From NCBI GenBank assembly GCA_050250895.1, contig JBFWNU010000001.1, positions 2,406,210 through 2,470,209 of the forward strand: 64,000 nucleotides of DNA. Direction: 5' to 3'. The translations under genes were made by a program, and so were the position numbers. The notes under the pieces are model-generated. The model searched no databases. It saw only the letters and a program-made list of their open reading frames with translations, and was not told the origin of the DNA. Shown one piece after another: positions 16,435 to 27,349 of the stretch. The stretch comes from Vulcanimicrobiota bacterium. Its GTDB lineage: Bacteria; Vulcanimicrobiota; Xenobia; Xenobiales; JADMJV01. Position 1 is the stretch's first letter. Each line of letters begins with the position of its first letter.

Positions 16435-16603
16435 CGGCAAAAGGAGTAGAGATAGCTACATGTCGCAGTCTAGATGTACCATTGGTTCGCAGAACGTGTA
16501 TTTTGTTGGTTGTATGGGTGTCCAAAGTTTGAAAAATAGTAAACAGAGGTTTTGTGTGGGGGGTAAAGAAGCACTGGGTTCGAGCATCCTTGGGGAGGTG
16601 GTC

Positions 16604-19600
16604 TTGGTTCGAGCGTCTCGTTTCTTTCTTCTTTTGCTGGGCTTGCTTTTGGTTGGCTGTGAATCCGGCCAACTGGTGGATGAGATCGAAAGAGGGCAAT
16701 CTCGGCCAATCTCCCATCGAAATCGTGTGTTGGCCGAATTGACTCTGCAAACCGAGAATGGCCCCTACAAGCTTGTGAAGGGGAGGGGGCTCATTCCGGC
16801 CGAAAATAGCCCGGTGCCCCAACCGCGTACGGGGGATGGCGTTCGCGCCAGAACCGGCGAGAGCATTCTGGCCGCGACTGAGCTGCCCCCGGAGTATTTT
16901 TTCGGAGCCCACTATCAGTTCGATGTGGACAAACGCAACTTCTTCATCGGCGAGGAGCCGGTAGGGACGGCCTGTGTTCGCTACAATAGCGAAGAATTCA
17001 ATAATCTTCCCCACAGCAGCGAAGCCTATCGCTTTGGCAACCTGGAGTTCGCTAGCCTGGGGGTGGCTGTCGGGCCTAACCAGTTTCCAGGCACCGCCTC
17101 GACCACCATGGTGGTGAGCACGCCCGCCGGGATTGAAGAGATCGAGATCCCTAAGATGGACGGCGACACAATCACCGTTTCACCACCAATCACCGTTCGG
17201 ATGGACTATGCCTACACCCCCATCCCCAATTCTAGCCTCTACTATGGGCGAACCGAGACGTTCGTCAACGGAAACTCGGTAGCGATCAGTTCTTCAAACT
17301 TCACCATTGGCGTGAGCGTCGAGCTGCCCTCGGTGCATGGGATCTATACTACCGAAAATCACGCCGAGCGACAGACCTATGCCAACGCGCCTTTCCAGCT
17401 TCAGGACAGCTTTGACGTGGGCAGTCAGGTCTTTGCTCGCAAGTTGGAGTTTGCAGATGACTTCACTCCGATGGAGTTCACGCCGGGCCAACCAGTGACG
17501 ATCACCAACAGCTTCCGCTGGGACTCCGGCCCAACTGATGTCGTCGATGCCCGGTGGGAGGTCATCGTCGAAGACACCCTGGAGAATCAGTTTACGAGAT
17601 TTCAAGAAGGCACCGGGACCGACATTTCGGCCACCTTCGACCTGTCTGATGTTTTGGCTCGCGGCCAGGTGCCCCGGCGTTACGTTCTCATCCCTGCCGG
17701 CAGCCCACTCGAGGCCAGTATCAAGCAGGAGCAGGCACGGTTGCGAGCTCGAGGCGAGGACATTCGCGCCCAGACGGACGTGATACCCCTGACCTATCGG
17801 GTCATCGCGAGCGCCGAGGCCTATCCTCGTAGCCGCGTCTTTCCGCTGGTCGGCTCGCAGTTTTATCAGGCACGCTACTACGCGGTGAATAGCCAGATCT
17901 CACCGGCCTTGCGCATCCGCGACATCAACATTGATCCCAACCCGTTCGAGCCCAGCCCCCCGGAGGTGGCCCCCGAAGACCGTCAGGTGGCCGTCATCTC
18001 GGCCTACGTCGACGCCAATGGCTTCGACGGTGGCTATGTGTTGGTCGAGCCTCGAATCTATGACCAGGCCGGCAACCTGGTGAAGACGTTCGAGGACCAG
18101 TATCCCATCGACTACGTCGAGTTGGAATGGGACGGCTATGACGATGAGGGAAACCCACTTGACCCGCAGGAGTTTCTGGTGGAGCTGCAAGCCCACGTCT
18201 GCGATTTCAGCGGACCGGCTCGCGAGATCTTGGCCGAGATTGCGCCCCAGACTCTGCAATTGGGTAGTTGTTCTCTGACGGGGGATGTCGCCCAGGCGCC
18301 CTTAGTGACCGGAGGGGCCCAGGGCGGTGAACTCAAGGTCTATGCAATCAACAAATTGATCGCCTGGGGTAAGAATCCGACCAGTGCTATCGTGACTAGA
18401 GCTCAGGAGGGCTTTCTGCGGGATGTCTATGCCGCTGGTCCTACGGCCCCGGGTGATCCCCAGCCCGCAAAGCTGAAATTGGAAGCCAGCAACCTCGGGC
18501 CGGTTGGAGGTGACGTTACTGTCGTCGCACGCGGGAATGTGAGCCAGGTGGACTCAGTAGCCGTCACACTAACAGACGACGACCACGACGGAACTTACAC
18601 GGGTGAGTTGTTGTTGACACCAGATTTCATTAAGGTCGGCGGGCCACTCACGGATGTGCAGGGTGAAGCGGGACGGATGACCTTCAGTGTCGGCGAGCGG
18701 CTCAACAATGAGGGTGGAGTTACCGCCGCGATCTTTGCCAACCTTCTCTCCGCCCTCGGTCCCGAATTCTACCCTTACCCCAAGCCCGCGATTTCTCTAG
18801 GCAAATTCGAAGAAGATTTGCTCGGGAGCCAGCTCACTCTCGCCAATGACGATGAGGCCACCGCCACGGCAAACAACCTGGCCAGTACTGGCTTTGAGGC
18901 GCTAACCCTAACGCTCAGGGTAGGAAGCGATGTGGTGGTTACAACCAAGGCCAAGGTTCGCCATCCCGCTGATGTTCTATTCTGGAATTTCCATGGTCTA
19001 CGCCACGGCTCACTCAGCCCCGAAAGCGAGATTGCCAAGAGAGAGAACCGGCTTCCTACGATACTCCTCACGCCCGAAGACTTTGTAGTGAAGCCGGTCG
19101 CAAGAACCGTAATGTTTGCCGCTTGCGATGTGCTGTGCCTGAACGACTACAACGGTGCGTGGCCCAACGAGTCGAACTTTGGCGGACGCCGCTGGTATGC
19201 CGCGATGGACACCCCGGGACACAACACAGTCTTGCTAGGATTCACGGCCCAGACAGGTGCAACTCTTACAACCTCTGAGGTCATCGAACTCTACGGAAAA
19301 AGGATTGATGACTATATCGCGGCGGGCGAAACGGACAGGAGAAAGATTCAGGCGCTGGCCTGGGTTAGGGCGAATCTCGAGGTTGGTCTCAACCTTCAAG
19401 CCGACGGCTCAACGGGTCCTGTGGATGCACTAAGAAGCCTGCAACTTCGTGCTTGCGCCTATGCAGCCGATAGCACGGGAGAGTACTTTTACTACATCCC
19501 TGTGCAGCATCGGCCCACTCAGGACCTTGCTCTGGTCTTGCAGAACGTCGAGACCACACCCGTGGTCAAAACTGCCGAGGGCATCTACAGAGTGCGCCGC

Positions 19601-19705
19601 GAGCATTGGGGTGAACCGGTCCTTTTCGACGTTAGGAGGCCAAAAGATGCACAACTTGTACTCGAAGTGGTGCGACACAACGATGGGACGGTGGAATTGC
19701 GATGA
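16604..19705 (+). CDS. large secreted lipoprotein (cassette A gene 1) with FlgD-Ig-like domain
   Basis: TTG start 5 nt after GGAGG. Lipoprotein signal MVRASRFFLLLLGLLLVGC (lipobox LVGC). FlgD-Ig-like block IRDINIDPNPFEPSP...YVLVEPRIYDQAGNLVKTFEDQYP...ELEWDGYDDEGNPLDPQEF. About 1033 aa; the start is inferred from conservation with copy C. Confidence 0.65.
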   Translation: MVRASRFFLLLLGLLLVGCESGQLVDEIERGQSRPISHRNRVLAELTLQTENGPYKLVKGRGLIPAENSPVPQPRTGDGVRARTGESILAATELPPEYFFGAHYQFDVDKRNFFIGEEPVGTACVRYNSEEFNNLPHSSEAYRFGNLEFASLGVAVGPNQFPGTASTTMVVSTPAGIEEIEIPKMDGDTITVSPPITVRMDYAYTPIPNSSLYYGRTETFVNGNSVAISSSNFTIGVSVELPSVHGIYTTENHAERQTYANAPFQLQDSFDVGSQVFARKLEFADDFTPMEFTPGQPVTITNSFRWDSGPTDVVDARWEVIVEDTLENQFTRFQEGTGTDISATFDLSDVLARGQVPRRYVLIPAGSPLEASIKQEQARLRARGEDIRAQTDVIPLTYRVIASAEAYPRSRVFPLVGSQFYQARYYAVNSQISPALRIRDINIDPNPFEPSPPEVAPEDRQVAVISAYVDANGFDGGYVLVEPRIYDQAGNLVKTFEDQYPIDYVELEWDGYDDEGNPLDPQEFLVELQAHVCDFSGPAREILAEIAPQTLQLGSCSLTGDVAQAPLVTGGAQGGELKVYAINKLIAWGKNPTSAIVTRAQEGFLRDVYAAGPTAPGDPQPAKLKLEASNLGPVGGDVTVVARGNVSQVDSVAVTLTDDDHDGTYTGELLLTPDFIKVGGPLTDVQGEAGRMTFSVGERLNNEGGVTAAIFANLLSALGPEFYPYPKPAISLGKFEEDLLGSQLTLANDDEATATANNLASTGFEALTLTLRVGSDVVVTTKAKVRHPADVLFWNFHGLRHGSLSPESEIAKRENRLPTILLTPEDFVVKPVARTVMFAACDVLCLNDYNGAWPNESNFGGRRWYAAMDTPGHNTVLLGFTAQTGATLTTSEVIELYGKRIDDYIAAGETDRRKIQALAWVRANLEVGLNLQADGSTGPVDALRSLQLRACAYAADSTGEYFYYIPVQHRPTQDLALVLQNVETTPVVKTAEGIYRVRREHWGEPVLFDVRRPKDAQLVLEVVRHNDGTVELR

Positions 19706-21555
19706 AAACGAAGATCGGGATGGTGACATTGACGCTTTGCCTTCTAAGCGGGGTCTGGGCTCAGGAGCCAGAGTTCCCGGCAGCGGACCCCGTGCGCCGC
19801 GCGATTCAGAGTTATGAACTACATGATTTGGATCGTGCCCTGGCCGAGTTCCTGGCCCTTGCAGAGAGTCATCGGGGAACTCCGGTGGGCTCAAATTGTC
19901 TCTTCTGGGCGTCAGATACTGCTCTACTCGCGGGGGACCAGGAGCAGGCACTGGCCATCCTTAACCGCATCACGCAAGAATACGCTGGCACTCACATGGA
20001 GCTTTCGGCAAGGCTGCGGCTCATTGAGCTTGTGCCTCCGAGCACTGGAGACGGAGCGACAGAAGCTTACGACGAACTCGCACAGCAGAATGGGGCACCT
20101 CCCCTTGCGGTGTTGATTGACCCGGCCCGGAAACTAGAGAACACGATCGCAATCCGGGCGTTGCCAGAAGAGTCGAGGAAGGGTCTCAGGTTGCTATACG
20201 TGACAGTCCTTGGCGAATTGAGTTTTCATCCCCCGCAGGAGGCCGCTGTCCTCGGGCAGGTTTTGCGGGGAGCGTTGGACCGTGATGGCGGCGCCGAGTT
20301 CTACGGCTCGTTGTATAACACCGCGAGGCGTTCACACGAGCGACGCCATCTCTGGTCGCCCACTCAGGAAGACTTTCAGAATCCCGTCGTGTCGCCTCTG
20401 AACCCTAGCGATGGTAGCACTGTCGCCCCAGGCGGAATGCTAGAGGCCCAGCTTTACATGGAAGACTTCTATGCTATGGGATTGGATCTGGCTACGCTGC
20501 GTGTTTCTCTGGACGGTCAGGATGTTACCGATTCTTCCACTTTCGAGTGTTCGGCCGGCCCGGAGTTCGTAGACGGGCAACCCTGGGAGGTGATTACCGT
20601 CCGCTCGCCCATGGCGAACCTATCGAACGGAACACACACGGCCACCGTTACCTGTCAGGTATACCTCTATCCGGGCCAGGGCCCGGGGCTGACGACGAAG
20701 ACCTGGTCGTTCACTATCGCCAATCAGGCCTCTGAGGCAGCGCTCTATCCATCGAAGGACTCGACCCTCCGACTCCGCGACCCCCATCTCAACGAGGGAG
20801 CCAACCCTAGACTCATCCTGGAGAAGATCCAGGGTAAGACCACTCACGCCCTGGTGGGCTTTGACCTGTCCCAACAGAACCTGACCGGCCTGACTTCGGC
20901 CAGCCTGGTCTTCACCATCGACCCCAGCGACTCTCCCACCGGCTGGGGCAATGGGCGCAACGTCCTCGCAGCCCCGATCTCGACCGGCTGGCTGGAGGGG
21001 AACGGCGTCGACTTCGGCGTGCCCAACGCGCAGAAGACCAGCGGGTCCGGCCCGGGCGTGACCTGGTTCAGTCCTGTCGATGAAGACATCAGCAACAACT
21101 ATGCCAACTCGGCCGTGAATTGGAACGGGGCCGGTGCGGCCAGCGGCCCTCCGACAGCCTTGGCGGTGCAAATCCATAACCATCAAACCGGAGAGGTCTC
21201 CTTCGATGTCACCCAGGATGTCCTCAACGGATCCTCGAGCTGGTTGGTGAGAAGAGAGGACGAGAACGTCGGCTCGCAAGTCCACTTCTACTCCAGGGAA
21301 GGTGGCGGAGCCTCAGCCGGCCCGCGCCTGGTCCTTCACTACGGTGCCTCGGCCAACAAACCCGCAGGAGACGCTCTGTTGGCCAGGGCCTGGGACACCC
21401 CGGTCGCGGTCCTTCGCAATCTCGCCGGGCTCGGGCTGTCGGGTGGCCCGATGACAAACTTGCTGATCCTGCAAGCCCGTTCGTCGGGCCTCGACATCCT
21501 GAGTGCGGGATTGCGCAGTCTGGTCGCCCGGCGCGAGATGGCCCTGCTCCTTTAG
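19702..21555 (+). CDS. secreted protein with TPR-like N-terminal region and DNRLRE-like C-terminal domain (cassette A gene 2)
   Basis: Signal peptide MKTKIGMVTLTLCLLSGVWAQ; ATGA overlap with gene 1. C-terminal pattern SKDSTLRLRDPHLNEGANPRLIL...ALVGFDLS...SASLVFTID...GWGNGRNV fits the DNRLRE/CBM96-like signature (D-x-T-L...N-x-G...L-x-L...F-D-L-S...A-S-L). Confidence 0.7.
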   Translation: MKTKIGMVTLTLCLLSGVWAQEPEFPAADPVRRAIQSYELHDLDRALAEFLALAESHRGTPVGSNCLFWASDTALLAGDQEQALAILNRITQEYAGTHMELSARLRLIELVPPSTGDGATEAYDELAQQNGAPPLAVLIDPARKLENTIAIRALPEESRKGLRLLYVTVLGELSFHPPQEAAVLGQVLRGALDRDGGAEFYGSLYNTARRSHERRHLWSPTQEDFQNPVVSPLNPSDGSTVAPGGMLEAQLYMEDFYAMGLDLATLRVSLDGQDVTDSSTFECSAGPEFVDGQPWEVITVRSPMANLSNGTHTATVTCQVYLYPGQGPGLTTKTWSFTIANQASEAALYPSKDSTLRLRDPHLNEGANPRLILEKIQGKTTHALVGFDLSQQNLTGLTSASLVFTIDPSDSPTGWGNGRNVLAAPISTGWLEGNGVDFGVPNAQKTSGSGPGVTWFSPVDEDISNNYANSAVNWNGAGAASGPPTALAVQIHNHQTGEVSFDVTQDVLNGSSSWLVRREDENVGSQVHFYSREGGGASAGPRLVLHYGASANKPAGDALLARAWDTPVAVLRNLAGLGLSGGPMTNLLILQARSSGLDILSAGLRSLVARREMALLL

Positions 21556-21597
21556 AAGCCCGAGCAACCCTGACAGGGCTCGAACAAGCCCTCGCAG

Positions 21598-21739
21598 AAC
21601 CGGTTCAAATGGCACTCAAAGCCGTTCCGCCTCGCATGGATGCCCAGGGGCGCCCTTACCTGGTCTGAGGACCTCTCCGACGAGATGTTCCGCTCCATCC
21701 TGCGCGGCGACTGCGGCCCCGAGCTTCAGGCCCTCTACA
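21598..21739 (+). pseudogene. remnant of the small AbiEii-partner gene (homolog of 29266..29574), frameshifted and truncated by the duplication junction
   Basis: atggcactcaaagccgttccgcctcgcatggatgcccaggggcgcccttac... is identical to 29266 onward except for a 5-nt deletion (ccttacctggtctga vs ccttacttcctctggtctga). Homology ends at ...ctctaca (21739). Confidence 0.5.
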
Positions 21740-22330
21740 GTTTGCCGCTTGCGATGTGCTGTGCCTGAACGACTACAACGGTGCGTGGCCCAACGAGTCG
21801 AACTTTGGCGGACGCCGCTGGTATGCCGCGATGGACACCCCGGGACACAACACAGTCTTGCTAGGATTCACGGCCCAGACAGGTGCAACTCTTACAACTT
21901 CTGAGGTCATCGAACGCTACGGGAAATGGATTGACGACTATATTGCGGCGGGCGAAACGGCAGGAGAAAGATTCAGGCGCTGGCCTGGGTTAGGGCGAAC
22001 CTCGAGGTTGGTCTCAACCTTCAACCCGACGGCTCAACGGGCCCTGTGGATGCACTAAGAAGCCTGCAACTTCGCGCTTGCGCTTATGCAGCCGACAGCA
22101 CGGGAGAGTATTTCTACTACATCCCTGTGAAACACGAGCCTACCAAAGACCTGGACCTGATTCTCCAGAATGTGGAGACTACTCCGAGAGTCAAGACCGC
22201 CGAGGGCATCTATAGAGTGAGCCGCGAACATTGGGGTGACCCGGTCCTTTTCGACCTTAGGAGGCCCAAAGATGCGCAACTTGTACTCGAGGTGGTGCGA
22301 TACGACGATGGGACGGTGGAATTGCGATGA
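21740..22330 (+). pseudogene. 3' fragment of a cassette gene-1 copy (duplicate of 19114-19705), frameshifted
   Basis: First ~180 nt identical to 19114 onward, then ~90% identity. A 1-nt deletion (aacggcaggag vs aacggacaggag) splits it into two ORFs (21756..22058, 22046..22330). No 5' part or signal peptide. Confidence 0.7.
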
Positions 22331-24078
22331 AAACAAAGATCGGGATGGTGACATTGACGCTTTGCCTTCTAAGCGTGGCCTGGGCCCAGGAGCCAGAGTT
22401 TCCAGAAACAGACCCTGTGCGCCACGCTATTCAGAGTTACGAGTTGCATCAGTGGGATCGTGCCCTGGCCGAGTTCCTGGCCCTCGCAGAGAGTCATCGG
22501 GGAACGCCGGAGGGCTCAAACTGTCTCTTTTGGGCGTCAGATGTCGCTTTGCTCGCGGGGGACGAGGCGCAATCGTTGGCTATCCTCAACCGCATCGCGC
22601 AAGAATACGCCAGCACCAACATGGGACTCTTGGCGAGGCTCCGTCTCATTGAGCGGACATCCCCGAACTCCAGAGAAGAAAGGGTCGCTGCCTACGACCA
22701 ACTCGCCCAAGCGAAAGGCGCGCCTTCTCTCGCCATCTTGATCGACCCGGCCCGGAAAGTGGAAAACATGATGAAAATCCGGTCATTGCCAAGGGAATCC
22801 AGAAACGGTCTCAGGATGCTCTACGCGAGAGTCGTTGACGAATTGGGTTTTCACCCCCCGCAGGAGGCCGCTGTCCTCGGGCAGGTCTTGCGGGGAGCGT
22901 TGGACCGTGATGGCGGCGCCGAGTTCTATGTCTCGTTGTATGACGCGGCGAGGAACTCACACGAGTTGAGGGGTCTCTGGTCGCCCACTCAGGAAGACTT
23001 TCAGAATCCCGTCGTGGCGCCACTAAACCCTAGCGATGGTAGCACTGTCGCCCCAGGCGGAATGCTAGAGGCACAGCTTTACATGGAAGACTTCTATGCT
23101 ATGGGATTGGATCTGGCTACGCTGCGTGTTTCTCTGGACGGTCAGGATGTCACCAATTCTTCGACTTTCGAGTGTTCGGCCGGCCCGGAGTTCGTAGACG
23201 GGCAACCCTGGGAGGTGGTTACCGTTCGCTCGCCCATGGCGAACCTGTCGAACGGAACACACACGGCCACCGTTACCTGTCAGGTATACCTCTATCCAGG
23301 CCAGGGCCCCGGCATCACAACGAAGACATGGTCGTTCACTATCGCCAATCAGGCCTCTGAGGCAGCGCTCTATCCATCGAAGGACTCGACCCTCCGCCTA
23401 CGCGACCCCCATCTCAACGAAGGCGCGAACCCTCGGCTCATCCTGGAGAAGATCCAGGGCAAGACCACTCGTGCTCTGGTGGGCTTTGACATGTCCCAAC
23501 AGAATTTGACCGGCCTGACTTCGGCCAGCCTGGTCCTCACCGTCGACCCCAGCGACTCTCCCACCGGCTGGGGCAACGGGCGTAACGTCCTCGCGGCTCC
23601 GATTTCCACCGGCTGGCTGGAGGGGAACGGCGTCGACTTCGGCGTGCCCAACGCGCAGAAGACCAGCGGGTCCGGCCCGGGCGTGACCTGGTTCAGTCCT
23701 GTCGATGAAGACATCAGCAACAACTATGCCAACTCGGCCGTGAATTGGAACGGGGCCGGTGCGGCCAGCGGCCCTCCGACAGCCTTGGCGGTGCAAATCC
23801 ATAACCATCAAACCGGAGAGGTCTCCTTCGATGTCACCCAGGATGTCCTCAACGGATCCTCGAGCTGGTTGGTGAGAAGAGAGGACGAGAACGTCGGCTC
23901 GCAAGTCCACTTCTACTCCAGGGAAGGTGGCGGAGCCTCAGCCGGCCCGCGCCTGGTCCTTCACTACGGCGCCTCGGCCAACAAACCCGCAAAAGACGCT
24001 CTGTTGGCCAGGGCCTGGGACACCCCGGCCGCGGTCCTTCGCAATCTTGCCGGGCTCGGGGGACTGGTGGCCCGATGA
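22327..24078 (+). CDS. cassette B gene 2: secreted TPR-like/DNRLRE-like protein, C-terminally truncated by a frameshift
   Basis: N-terminus ~85% identical to 19702..21555; C-terminal domain nearly identical. A 1-nt deletion near 24058 (ctcgggggactgg vs ctcgggctgtcgggtgg) gives an early stop; the homologous stop is at 24176-24178. Confidence 0.65.
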   Translation: MKTKIGMVTLTLCLLSVAWAQEPEFPETDPVRHAIQSYELHQWDRALAEFLALAESHRGTPEGSNCLFWASDVALLAGDEAQSLAILNRIAQEYASTNMGLLARLRLIERTSPNSREERVAAYDQLAQAKGAPSLAILIDPARKVENMMKIRSLPRESRNGLRMLYARVVDELGFHPPQEAAVLGQVLRGALDRDGGAEFYVSLYDAARNSHELRGLWSPTQEDFQNPVVAPLNPSDGSTVAPGGMLEAQLYMEDFYAMGLDLATLRVSLDGQDVTNSSTFECSAGPEFVDGQPWEVVTVRSPMANLSNGTHTATVTCQVYLYPGQGPGITTKTWSFTIANQASEAALYPSKDSTLRLRDPHLNEGANPRLILEKIQGKTTRALVGFDMSQQNLTGLTSASLVLTVDPSDSPTGWGNGRNVLAAPISTGWLEGNGVDFGVPNAQKTSGSGPGVTWFSPVDEDISNNYANSAVNWNGAGAASGPPTALAVQIHNHQTGEVSFDVTQDVLNGSSSWLVRREDENVGSQVHFYSREGGGASAGPRLVLHYGASANKPAKDALLARAWDTPAAVLRNLAGLGGLVAR

Positions 24079-24227
24079 CAACCTTGCTGATCCTGCAAGC
24101 CCGTTCTTCGGGCCTCGACATCCTGAGTGCGGGATTGCGCAGTCTGGTCGCCCGGCGCGAGATGGCCCTGCTCCTTTAGGATTCTCGGATTTGACAATCC
24201 GGCCGAACGCCGGGCTGCACGATGCCC

Positions 24228-24243
24228 GGTGATCGGTGTCACG
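24228..24243. promoter_or_regulatory. second copy of CRP/FNR-like site ggtgatcggtgtcacg
   Basis: Identical 16-mer to 16419-16434, within a ~30-nt conserved block (cccggtgatcggtgtcacgcggcaaaa). Confidence 0.4.
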
Positions 24244-24412
24244 CGGCAAAATGAGTAGCGCCAGCTACATGTCGTAGCCTGATTGTTCTTTCGGTTTGCA
24301 AGTCGCATCTTCTGGTAGTTTGAGGGGTGGCAAAAGTTTGAAAAATAGTAAATAGAGGTTTGGTGGGGGGGGTAAAGAAGCACTGGGTTCGAGCAATCCT
24401 TGGGGAGGTGGT

Positions 24413-27341
24413 CTTGGTTCGAGCGTCTTGGAGTCGATCCGCCGTGTTAGGTTTCTTGGCTGGCTGGTTTGCCATAGGCCTTGTCGCTTGCGAGAGTTCG
24501 AGGGTGCTCGACCAAGTGGAAACACCCGCACCAGGTCGAACACCTCGAACAGGGGCCGAGTCCTGGCCGAGTTGGCCCTCAGGACCGACGAGGGAGAGTT
24601 CAAAGTCGTGAAAGGCGCCGGCAAGGTTGCCCTGGAGAAGCAGCCGCGCGAGGAGAAAGTCGCGACCAGGGGCGTGTTGGACAACCCGGGCTATTCTTTC
24701 TTCGGGCACCGGCAATACGGCGACTTCGAGTTTTTTCGCCTCGACGAGGACAACCCGGTAGGCTATCTTCCTTACTCCAGCAGCGATGCGGTTTCGAGCC
24801 GGCTGCCAGGGATTTCCGGCGGCGGCTACCGATATCGCATGATGGGATTCGTTAGCCTGGGCGTGAGCGGCGATCCTCATGTACCCGGCCAATCTTCGGT
24901 CGAACTGGTCGTCTCGACACCCGACGGCATCGATGAGGTCGAGGTGCCGACCCTCGATGGCGACACGGTCACGGTGGCTCCGCCCATTACCCTGCGCCGG
25001 GTTCAAACCGTGACCAGCACCGGTGGAGTGGTGTCTCAGCGGGTCGAGACCTTCGTCAACGGAGTCTCGCTCGGGGTCGACTCGTCGAGTTATCTGGAAA
25101 TTGGGTTGAAAATTCCGTCGGTGTCCGGCGACTACCAGGTGAGCACTCACGGCCAGCGCTCGATCAACTATGACGAGCCGGTCAACGATAGCTACGATCT
25201 GGCCTGGACCATCCCGGTTCGCAAACTGCAGTTGGCCGAGAGCCTGGGGCCGGTCGAGGCGACCCCGGGACAGCCCATCATCATCAGCAATCGCATCACC
25301 TGGGACAGTCCGGGCGAGGTTGTGGATGCCAAATGGACTGTGACCCTCAGTGATGTCTTCGACGAGAACTATGAATTCTACGAGGGCACAGGAGAGATGT
25401 CTCGGCCACCTTTGACACCTCGAGTTTTCAGGCCAGAGGGACGACGCCGCGACGTTACCTGCTGATTCCCGCCGGTAGCTCGCTGGTGGACATGCTCAAG
25501 GCCAAGCAGGCCGAACTTCTTGCTCGGGGCGAAGACATCCGGGCCCAGACCGACCTGGTTCCTTTGGTCTACGAAATCTTCGCCAGCGCCGAAGCCTTCC
25601 CGCAGCAGGAAGTCTTCCCGAACTCTGGGGTGCAATTCTATCAGGCTCGCTACTTTCTGCTCAGCGAGTCGCAGGCCGAGCCGGCCATCCGCATTCGCGA
25701 TCTGAGCGTCGACCCCAATCCCTTCGAGCCCAGCCCGGTGGCCCCCGAGGACCGTCAGGTGGCGACGATCTCGGCCTATGTCGACGCGGTGGGCTTCGAC
25801 GGCGGCTATGTGGTGGTCGAGCCTCGCATTTACGACCAATCGGGAAACCTGGTGCGAAGGTTCGAAGACCAGTATCCCATCGACTACTTTGAGCTGGAGT
25901 GGGACGGTTATGACGATGAGGGCAATCGGGTCGAGCCTCAGGAGATCACGATTCAACTGAGTGCCCACGTCTGTGACTTCGCGGGCCTGGCTCGTGAGAT
26001 CGCGGCAAAGTTATCGCCTGAGATCTTAGCACAGGGTTGTTCCCTCCCGTCAGACGCCTTTCTGGTGGCTCAAGTTGGAACGCCACTAAATGGTGTGATT
26101 CAGGTACGTTCTGGAACTAACCTGGTTGCTCAAAGCTTTCATGGTACTCCGAGTTCGGCCGATCTGGCCAGGTTGAGAACAGTCTTTCCCGACGGGCGCA
26201 ACGGCGTCAACAACACGTTAGAGATATCCGCTTCCGGGTTCACCGGGAATCCGCCATCGAGCATTGAGATTGTTCTCGAAGGGTCTGCGAGCAGCACTTC
26301 ATCGGCCCCTATGATTCTAAATCAGGCCAACAACTATACCACAAGTTTTACGCTGACACCTGGCCTGATCAGAACCGGCCAGCTTGGCCCTAGCATCACG
26401 TTTTCGGACTCGGTGTTGAGCGTGACGGGCGGAGCGCAGCTGTTGTTCGAAGGGTCGCTCATGGGAAGCGGCGTTCCGTATCCGGGCCCAGACCCGACCT
26501 CTTTGGGAACCTACAAGGATGGGTCCTCGGCCTCAGAGGCAGAAAATACCGCGAGCAACGTTTCCAGCCTGGGGTATGAAACCGTAGAGATTAGAGGGAC
26601 GGCGGTTCATTTTCAAGCATTGCAAGGCTTAAGGTGAGACACCCGTCCGAGGTCTTTTACTTCGTGCAACATGGATCCGGAACCGGAGAGATCGATTTGG
26701 GGGGTAACCAATCCTTGAACCCGGGTCAGAATATTACCCGTTCGGATTGCACCTCTTTGAAAACTCTGATATTCACAGCCTGTCGGGGCTTGGTGCTCAA
26801 TGATTATAACAATCTATATGAAAACCATCGCCCATTCGCGGATATGGCGACCCGAAGGCAATTGGACTTCGGGGGTCCCAAATGGTACAACATCACAGGT
26901 GCATCCGACGCGTTTGCCCCGTTTTCCCCAACCGAACGGAGGACAGTGCTTCTGGGATTCAACCACGTTGCACCCGCTAAGCTGGCCGCGGATATTCTCG
27001 ATGTCTATCGACTTGCCTTGGGAGATTTGCGAGGAAAGATTAACCAGGGCGACCTAACTGTCAAGAATCTTGAACCGCTGGCCTGGATGAAGGCCAACCT
27101 AGCGGTTCTCCAGGGCGCGAGTGGCTCAGAACTGGCGAGAGGCTTGTGCCTGAACGCGTGCGCTTACGATACTGAGTATTACTATTATATACCGTTTGAT
27201 CGATTCGACCCGACCGAAGACCCGTTTCGTTCAACGCGCGAGGTTCATCGTGTTCCGCGTGGAGACTGGAACACAGATCTCACTCGAGTTGAGTGGATTA
27301 CGACGCCGAAGCGGGTCGGCAGGATGGTTACCATACCGTAG
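24413..27341 (+). pseudogene. cassette C gene 1: large lipoprotein homolog of 16604..19705, disrupted by at least three frameshifts
   Basis: Signal peptide/lipobox frame (VLGFLAGWFAIGLVAC) differs from the body frame (24428..25465). A 1-nt deletion near 25395 (gagatgtctcggccacc vs gaccgacatttcggccacc). A -1 shift at 26634/26637. The three ORFs together are ~55-70% identical to copy A. Confidence 0.6.
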
Positions 27342-27349
27342 GAGGATAC

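Noticed and set aside
16570-16620. tRNA-like GGTTCGAGC T-arm motifs in the cassette leader as a tRNA gene or tmRNA-like element
   Set aside because: No acceptor, D or anticodon arms can be formed. Two direct copies only, interpreted as leader sequence.
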